Source: Nannocystis bainbridge (lineage in GTDB: Bacteria > Myxococcota_A > Polyangia > Nannocystales > Nannocystaceae). From it: DNA of 64,000 nt. The stretch is taken from the NCBI RefSeq assembly GCF_028368995.1, contig NZ_JAQNDL010000004.1:416001-480000 (forward strand), written 5' to 3'. Both the position numbers and the translations under genes were made by a program. Position 1 is the first letter of the stretch. Each line of letters opens with the position of its first letter. The notes under the pieces were generated by a model, which was not told the DNA's origin, searched no databases, and saw nothing but the letters and a program-made list of their open reading frames with translations. Shown here in pieces: positions 57,965 through 64,000 of the stretch.

Positions 57965-59905
57965 TCAGCGCTGGAGGACCGGCCAGATCAGCGCGGTCTG
58001 GATCGGGTCCTCGCGCAGGGCGTCGAGCTGGGCCAGCACGCCGGAGACGGCCGCGAGGCCGCCGGGGCCGAGCGCGACGGCGAGGCTCGGGACCAGGTCG
58101 TGCTCGGCGGCGGCGCGGAGCAGGCTGGGGCCGGTGTCGAAGCCCTCGATCAGGTCCTTGAGGGTCGGCTCGGGCGGGTAGACCTCGAGCGCGACCTCGG
58201 GGCCGATGCCGGAGAGCTTGCGGGTCTCGGCGAGCGCCTCGGTGAGGCCGCCGAGCTCGTCGACGAGGCCGCGCTCCTTGGCGGCGGCGCCGGTCCACAC
58301 GCGGCCCTGGGCGATCGCGTGGATGTCGTCGAAGGTCTTGCCGCGGCCGCTGGCGACGCGCTCGACGAAGATCTTGTAGATGTCCTCCATCGTCGCCAGC
58401 ACGCGGGCTCGCTCGCCCTCGGTCCACGGGGTCATGCCCGACCACATCGCGGCCCGCTTGCCCCTGGTGATCGGGAAGGTGCGGATGCCGACCTTCTCGA
58501 GCATGCCGGCGACGGCGATCTTGCCGCCGACCACGCCGATCGAGCCGGTGAGGGTGTTGGCGAGGGCGAAGATCTTGGTCGCGCCGCAGGCGATGTAGTA
58601 ACCGCCCGACGCGGCCACGCCGCCCATCGACACCACGACCGGCTTCTTCTCCTTGGCCCGCTGGAGCGCGCGCCAGATCTGCTCCGAGGCCATCGCGCTG
58701 CCGCCACCGGAGTCGACGCGGAGCAGGATCGCGGCGACGTTGGCGTCGTCGGCGAGGTTGTCGATCGCGGCAGCGAGGGTGCGCCCGGCGATCTGGTTGC
58801 GCGCGCCGATGGTGCCCTGGCCGCGGCCGTCGACGATGCTGCCGAGCGCGTAGACGAGGGCGATGTGCGGCTCCTTGGGCCGCTTGGGCGGGACCAGGCC
58901 GATGAAGGTCTGCAGCTTCTCCATGTCGAAGCCGCCGCCGCTCGGGCTGTCCTTGAGCTTGACCTGCTTCCACGCGGCGCCGCCGGTGTGCTGGGCGCGG
59001 AAGTCTTCGTAGGTGGCGACGCCGTCGACGAGCCCGGCCGCGAGCGCGCCCTCGCTGGTGAACAGGGCCTCGTCGATCTGCTGCGCGACGGTCTCGGGGG
59101 CCAGCTCGCGGCCGGCGGCGATGCCCGCCTGCATGGTCAAATAGGCCTGATCGACCACGGCGGCCAGGGTCTCGCGCATCTCCTTCGACGGCTCGGTGCG
59201 CGTGAGCGGCTCGGCCGCGCCCTTGAAGGCGCCGACGTGCACGAAGTCGGGGACGACGCCGAGCTTGTCGAGCAGGCCGCGCAGGTGCAGCGGCATGGCC
59301 ATCGGGCCGGGGATCATGACCTCGCCGACCGGCTGGACGCCGACGGCGTCGCAGGCGCTCATGAGGTAGTAGACGGCGTTGGTCGGGACGTCGGCGTGGC
59401 AGACGAGCTTGCGCTTGCCCTCGGCCTTGAAGGCGAGGAAGGCGCCGCGGACCTCCTCGGCGGTGGCCATGTCGAGGCTCACGTCGGTGAAGCGGACCAG
59501 CAGGCCCTGGACGTTGGCGTCGGTGGCCAGGCGATCGAGGCGCGTCAGCAGGGCGTGGAGCTCGATGAGGGCGCCGCCGCCGAACAGCGACATCGGCGCG
59601 AGCTCGCCGATCTCGCCGCCGAGATCGAGGGTGAGCCAGTGCGGCTTGGCGGCGTCGAAGCCGGGCGACTGGCGCGGCGGGTCGTAGGGGCCGGGGGCGT
59701 CGAGCTTGTCGGCGAGCATGCTGCTCAGCGGGCCGAGGTTGGCGAGCGCGCCCGTGGGGGCCGCCGGGGCCGTCGTGGGGGCGACGTCTCGCTTGTCGCC
59801 GGCTTCGGCGGGCGGGGTCCGATCGGGCTGGCGATCGCCGCGGCAGGCGGTGGCACACAGGGTGGCGAGGCTGAGCAGGGCGGTGGTGGCTCGCGTGACG
59901 CGCAA
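57965..59905 (-). CDS. sppA: signal peptide peptidase SppA (two S49 domains)
   Basis: GAFKGAAEP, LRVDSGGGS, AASGGYYIA, TGSIGV, QGRVWTG, GLVDELGG. Confidence 0.92.
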   Translation of the reverse strand: MRVTRATTALLSLATLCATACRGDRQPDRTPPAEAGDKRDVAPTTAPAAPTGALANLGPLSSMLADKLDAPGPYDPPRQSPGFDAAKPHWLTLDLGGEIGELAPMSLFGGGALIELHALLTRLDRLATDANVQGLLVRFTDVSLDMATAEEVRGAFLAFKAEGKRKLVCHADVPTNAVYYLMSACDAVGVQPVGEVMIPGPMAMPLHLRGLLDKLGVVPDFVHVGAFKGAAEPLTRTEPSKEMRETLAAVVDQAYLTMQAGIAAGRELAPETVAQQIDEALFTSEGALAAGLVDGVATYEDFRAQHTGGAAWKQVKLKDSPSGGGFDMEKLQTFIGLVPPKRPKEPHIALVYALGSIVDGRGQGTIGARNQIAGRTLAAAIDNLADDANVAAILLRVDSGGGSAMASEQIWRALQRAKEKKPVVVSMGGVAASGGYYIACGATKIFALANTLTGSIGVVGGKIAVAGMLEKVGIRTFPITRGKRAAMWSGMTPWTEGERARVLATMEDIYKIFVERVASGRGKTFDDIHAIAQGRVWTGAAAKERGLVDELGGLTEALAETRKLSGIGPEVALEVYPPEPTLKDLIEGFDTGPSLLRAAAEHDLVPSLAVALGPGGLAAVSGVLAQLDALREDPIQTALIWPVLQR

Positions 59906-60009
59906 GGAAATTCCTCCGGGCGATGTGGACCCGGGCCGGACCCGCGGAGTGTCGCGAGCGGACGGCTGGGCGGGTCGCTTCCGCGCAAGTATCCTCCCGG
60001 CACCCCGCC

Positions 60010-61101
60010 ATGCAAAGTCCCGTGTCCGAGCTCGCCCCGCGGCCTCAGGGTCCTGAACTCCTCGCCGATCTGACGACGCTCGTGCCCGATCCGAACCGGC
60101 TGTGCGTGGCCTATGCGAGCCTCATGCAGGTGCAGGAGGGCCGCACCCGCCAGGGTCGACCGTACTTCGATCTGGTGGTGAGCGACGCCGCGCGGACCAT
60201 CGCCGCCAAGGTCTGGGACGACGCGCCCGAGGCGATGGAGGCGGCGAGGGCGGCGCGACGCGGGCAGGCGGTCAAGCTGCTGTTCCGCGTCGAGCAGTAC
60301 CAGGGCGCGCTGCAGCTCAACGTCCGCAAGCTTCGCGGCGCGCTCGACGACGACGACGGCTACGCGCCGGCGCGGGTGTTCGGCGAGGGCTTCGAGCGGG
60401 TCGCGGGCAAGCTGTGCCGCACGCTGGTGTTCGACATCGAGACGGCGCCGGCGCACGACCCGGCGACGATGCCGGCCAGCGTGATCGAGGCGATCCAGCG
60501 CCACGCGACGCGCGAGGCGTGCGAGCCGGGGCTGGTGATGAGCCTGTCGCCGCTGTTCGGGCAGGTCGTGTCGCTGGCGTTCATGGACGGCGACGACCTC
60601 GACGGCGAGGTGTGGGCGCTCGGCGTGCCGCCCGGCGGCGATCCGCGGCGGGTGGTCGAGGCGGTGCCGCCGTGGCTGCAATTGGTCAGCGAGCGCGAGC
60701 TGCTGCAGGCGTTCTGGCTGCTGGCGGCCCAGGCCGAGGTGGTGGTCAGCTACAACGGGCGCAACTTCGACGTGCCGTTCCTGCTCGGGCGCAGCCTCGT
60801 GCACGAGGTGCCGGCGCGGGTCGATCTGCTCGGCAGCCCGTACGCGTTGCGGCCGCACCTCGACCTCTACCGCATGATCGCCACCGGCCGCTCGGTCGCC
60901 CCGGCCCCGCTCGACGCGGTCTGCTGGGCGCTCGGGGTCGACAGCCCGAAGGGCGGGATGAGCGGCGCCGACGTCGCCCCGGCCTACGCCCGCGGCGAGC
61001 TGGCGGCGATCTCCTCTTACAACCGCGGCGACGTGCGCGCGACCGCCAGCGTGTACCAGCGCGTGCGCGACACGGTGCTGCGGTTCCGCGAGGACTGGTG
61101 A
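60010..61101 (+). CDS. OB-fold plus DEDDy (PolB-exo-like) 3'-5' exonuclease
   Basis: GRPYFDLVVSD..AKVWD (YhaM-like OB fold); VFDIET, SYNGRNFDVPFL, YNRGDV (Exo I-III). Confidence 0.82.
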   Translation: MQSPVSELAPRPQGPELLADLTTLVPDPNRLCVAYASLMQVQEGRTRQGRPYFDLVVSDAARTIAAKVWDDAPEAMEAARAARRGQAVKLLFRVEQYQGALQLNVRKLRGALDDDDGYAPARVFGEGFERVAGKLCRTLVFDIETAPAHDPATMPASVIEAIQRHATREACEPGLVMSLSPLFGQVVSLAFMDGDDLDGEVWALGVPPGGDPRRVVEAVPPWLQLVSERELLQAFWLLAAQAEVVVSYNGRNFDVPFLLGRSLVHEVPARVDLLGSPYALRPHLDLYRMIATGRSVAPAPLDAVCWALGVDSPKGGMSGADVAPAYARGELAAISSYNRGDVRATASVYQRVRDTVLRFREDW

Positions 61102-61104
61102 GCC

Positions 61105-61260
61105 GGGGCTGTCCGAACGGGCATGCTCTGGAGAGCATGTCCTGAAGGGCATGTAGGATCGCGCGGCCGGATGGAGCCTGCGAACAGCGAAGGGGGACAT
61201 GCCGGTTCGGGCATGTCCCCTCGTGCATGTTCTGGAGAGCATGTCCTCGCGGACATGCCC
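61105..61260. repeat. two 14-bp-period arrays (4 and 5 units)
   Basis: Cores 61108,61122,61136,61150 and 61198,61212,61226,61240,61254; convergent junction. Confidence 0.9.
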
Positions 61261-61271
61261 TTCGGGTCAGC

Positions 61272-62546
61272 TCAGCCGAACACCACGCGGAAGCGGCACT
61301 TCTTGCCCGCCTGCAGGCGCACGCCCTGGTCGCCGGCCGCGGCCGGGGTGACGGGGTGGGCCGGGTCGGTGACGGGCTCGCCGTTGAGCTTGACGGCACC
61401 GGCGCCGATCCGCTCGCGAGCCTCGCGCTTGGACTTGAACGCCTCGATCTCGGGGTGCGTGACGAGGTCGACCAGCCGGATCTCGGGGCCGGGCACGGTC
61501 ACCAGCGGCACCGCGCTCCAGTCGTCGCTGCTGCCGAACGCCTGCTCGCTGGCCTGCTTGGCCTGGGTGGCGTGGTCGAGGCCGTGCAGCAGGGCGGTGG
61601 CCTCGTAGGCGAGGCGGACCTTGGCGGCCTTGAGGGCCGCGCCGCCCTCGGCGGTGAGCGCCTCGATCTCGGCGACCGGGACGTCGGTGAAGGTCCGCAG
61701 CATGCGGGCGACGTCGCGGTCGTCGCAGCCGATCCAGAACTGGTAGTACTCGAACGGGGTCAGCCGCTCGGGGTCGAGCCAGACCGCGCCGCGCTCCGTC
61801 TTGCCCATCTTGCGCCCGTCGGTGGTGAGCAGCAGCGGCAAGGTGAGGCAGTGGGCGGCGTTGGGCTGGCCCTCGGGGGTCATGCGCCGGATCAGCTCGA
61901 TGCCGGCGACCATGTTGCCCCACTGGTCCGAGCCGCCGAACTGCAGGGTGCAGCCGTGGTGGCGGAACAGGTGCAGGAAGTCGTAGGCCTGGAACAGCTG
62001 GTAGTTGAACTCGAGGAAGCTGAGCGGGATCTCGGCGTCGAGGCGGTCGCGGTAGGTCTTGACCGCGATCATGCGGTTGACCGTGAAGTGGCGGCCGACG
62101 TCGCGCAGGAATTCGATGTACTTGAGCTCGAGCAGCCAGTCGCCGTTGTCGAGCAGGACCGCGTCGTTGGGCCGGCCGCTGTCGAAGTGGAGGAAGCGGC
62201 CGAGCTGGGTCTTGATCGCGGCGGCGTTGGCGGCCACGTCGTCGCGCGTCAGCAGCTTGCGCGCCTCCATCTTGCCGGACGGGTCGCCGATCATGCCGGT
62301 GCCGCCGCCGATGATGACGATCGGCCGGTGGCCGGCGCGCTGGAGGGCGCGCATGCCCATGATCTGGACCAGGTGGCCGACGTGCAGCGAGGCGGCGGTC
62401 GGGTCGTAGCCGACGTAGAAGGTGACCATGCCGCTGTCCATGGCGGCGTCGATGGCCTGGAAGTCGCTGGCCTGTTCGAAGTAACCGCGCTCGAGCATGC
62501 GCTGGAGGGCGGCGGAGCGGGGCGGCTGCGGCGGGGTGGCGTTCAT
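61272..62546 (-). CDS. tyrS: tyrosine--tRNA ligase
   Basis: GYDPTAASLHVGH, GDPSGK, EFNYQLFQAYDF, QFGGSDQWGN, KMGKT, S4-like C-terminus. Confidence 0.97.
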   Translation of the reverse strand: MNATPPQPPRSAALQRMLERGYFEQASDFQAIDAAMDSGMVTFYVGYDPTAASLHVGHLVQIMGMRALQRAGHRPIVIIGGGTGMIGDPSGKMEARKLLTRDDVAANAAAIKTQLGRFLHFDSGRPNDAVLLDNGDWLLELKYIEFLRDVGRHFTVNRMIAVKTYRDRLDAEIPLSFLEFNYQLFQAYDFLHLFRHHGCTLQFGGSDQWGNMVAGIELIRRMTPEGQPNAAHCLTLPLLLTTDGRKMGKTERGAVWLDPERLTPFEYYQFWIGCDDRDVARMLRTFTDVPVAEIEALTAEGGAALKAAKVRLAYEATALLHGLDHATQAKQASEQAFGSSDDWSAVPLVTVPGPEIRLVDLVTHPEIEAFKSKREARERIGAGAVKLNGEPVTDPAHPVTPAAAGDQGVRLQAGKKCRFRVVFG

Positions 62547-62553
62547 GGCGCTG

Positions 62554-62897
62554 TCACGCGGTCGGTGGTTCTTCGAGGGTGTCGGCGGCGGCCTCGGCGG
62601 CGGCGAGCCGTTGCTCGTGTTGATCGAGGGCGCGTCGCAGGCCCTGCAAGCGCTCGTGGACCTTGTGGCGGAACCGCTGGTGCAGGTCCTTCTCGCGGAA
62701 CAGCTCGTCGGCGATCTGCATGGCGACGAGCAGGGCGACCCGTTGGGCGTTGGCGGCGCTGTTGACCCGCTTGGCGCCGCTGCTCAGCAGCTGCAAGTGG
62801 CCGTCGACGAACTCGGCCAGCTGTTGGACGTAATCCTGGCCCTCGTCGCTGCGGATCGTGAGCGTCTGCCCGGCGATCTCGACCTGGACGGAGCGCT

Positions 62898-62901
<4 letters not shown>
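62554..62901 (-). CDS. zapA: cell division protein ZapA
   Basis: VQVEIAGQTLTI, LAEFVD, VALLVAMQIADEL, coiled coil. Confidence 0.85.
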
Positions 62902-63977
<1,076 letters not shown>

Positions 63978-64000
63978 GGCGAGCGCGCGACGCTAGCACC

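Noticed and set aside
62547-62553. 6S RNA downstream of zapA
   Set aside because: Only 7 bp separate zapA from tyrS.

Overview
Very GC-rich, gene-dense bacterial chromosome segment. Gene content (Ser/Thr kinase-TPR protein, Thr-rich Cys-containing lipoproteins, VWA lipoproteins, tandem PilZ, TonB/ExbBD) points to a myxobacterium, plausibly Nannocystis-like (inference). About 62 CDS are supported, all called by motif recognition without database searches. They include hemH, trpS, serA, efp-epmA, sppA, prfA-zapA-tyrS, a PhoB/PhoR-like pair and a CysO-type sulfur-carrier cysteine operon (Rrf2-cysK-ThiF/MoeB-MoaD/CysO-cysM-JAB). They also include three tandem VWA lipoproteins plus a GH18 chitinase, and a TPR-TonB-ExbB-ExbD-ExbD cluster followed by a 1378-aa Cys-rich thrombospondin type-3-repeat lipoprotein. 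Two things stand out. (1) A dispersed family of arrays of a palindromic decamer (about GGRCATGYCC, core CATG/CAGG/CCTG) repeats at an exact 14-bp period. It lies at 9 of 11 convergent gene junctions and at none of 10 divergent junctions, and it is also written in phase inside several coding sequences. (2) A co-oriented tryptophan/indole module joins TrpB2, a GAF histidine kinase translationally coupled to tryptophanase, a stand-alone receiver, a roadblock-like protein and a divergent TrpRS. No rRNA, tRNA, CRISPR array or transposase was recognised.
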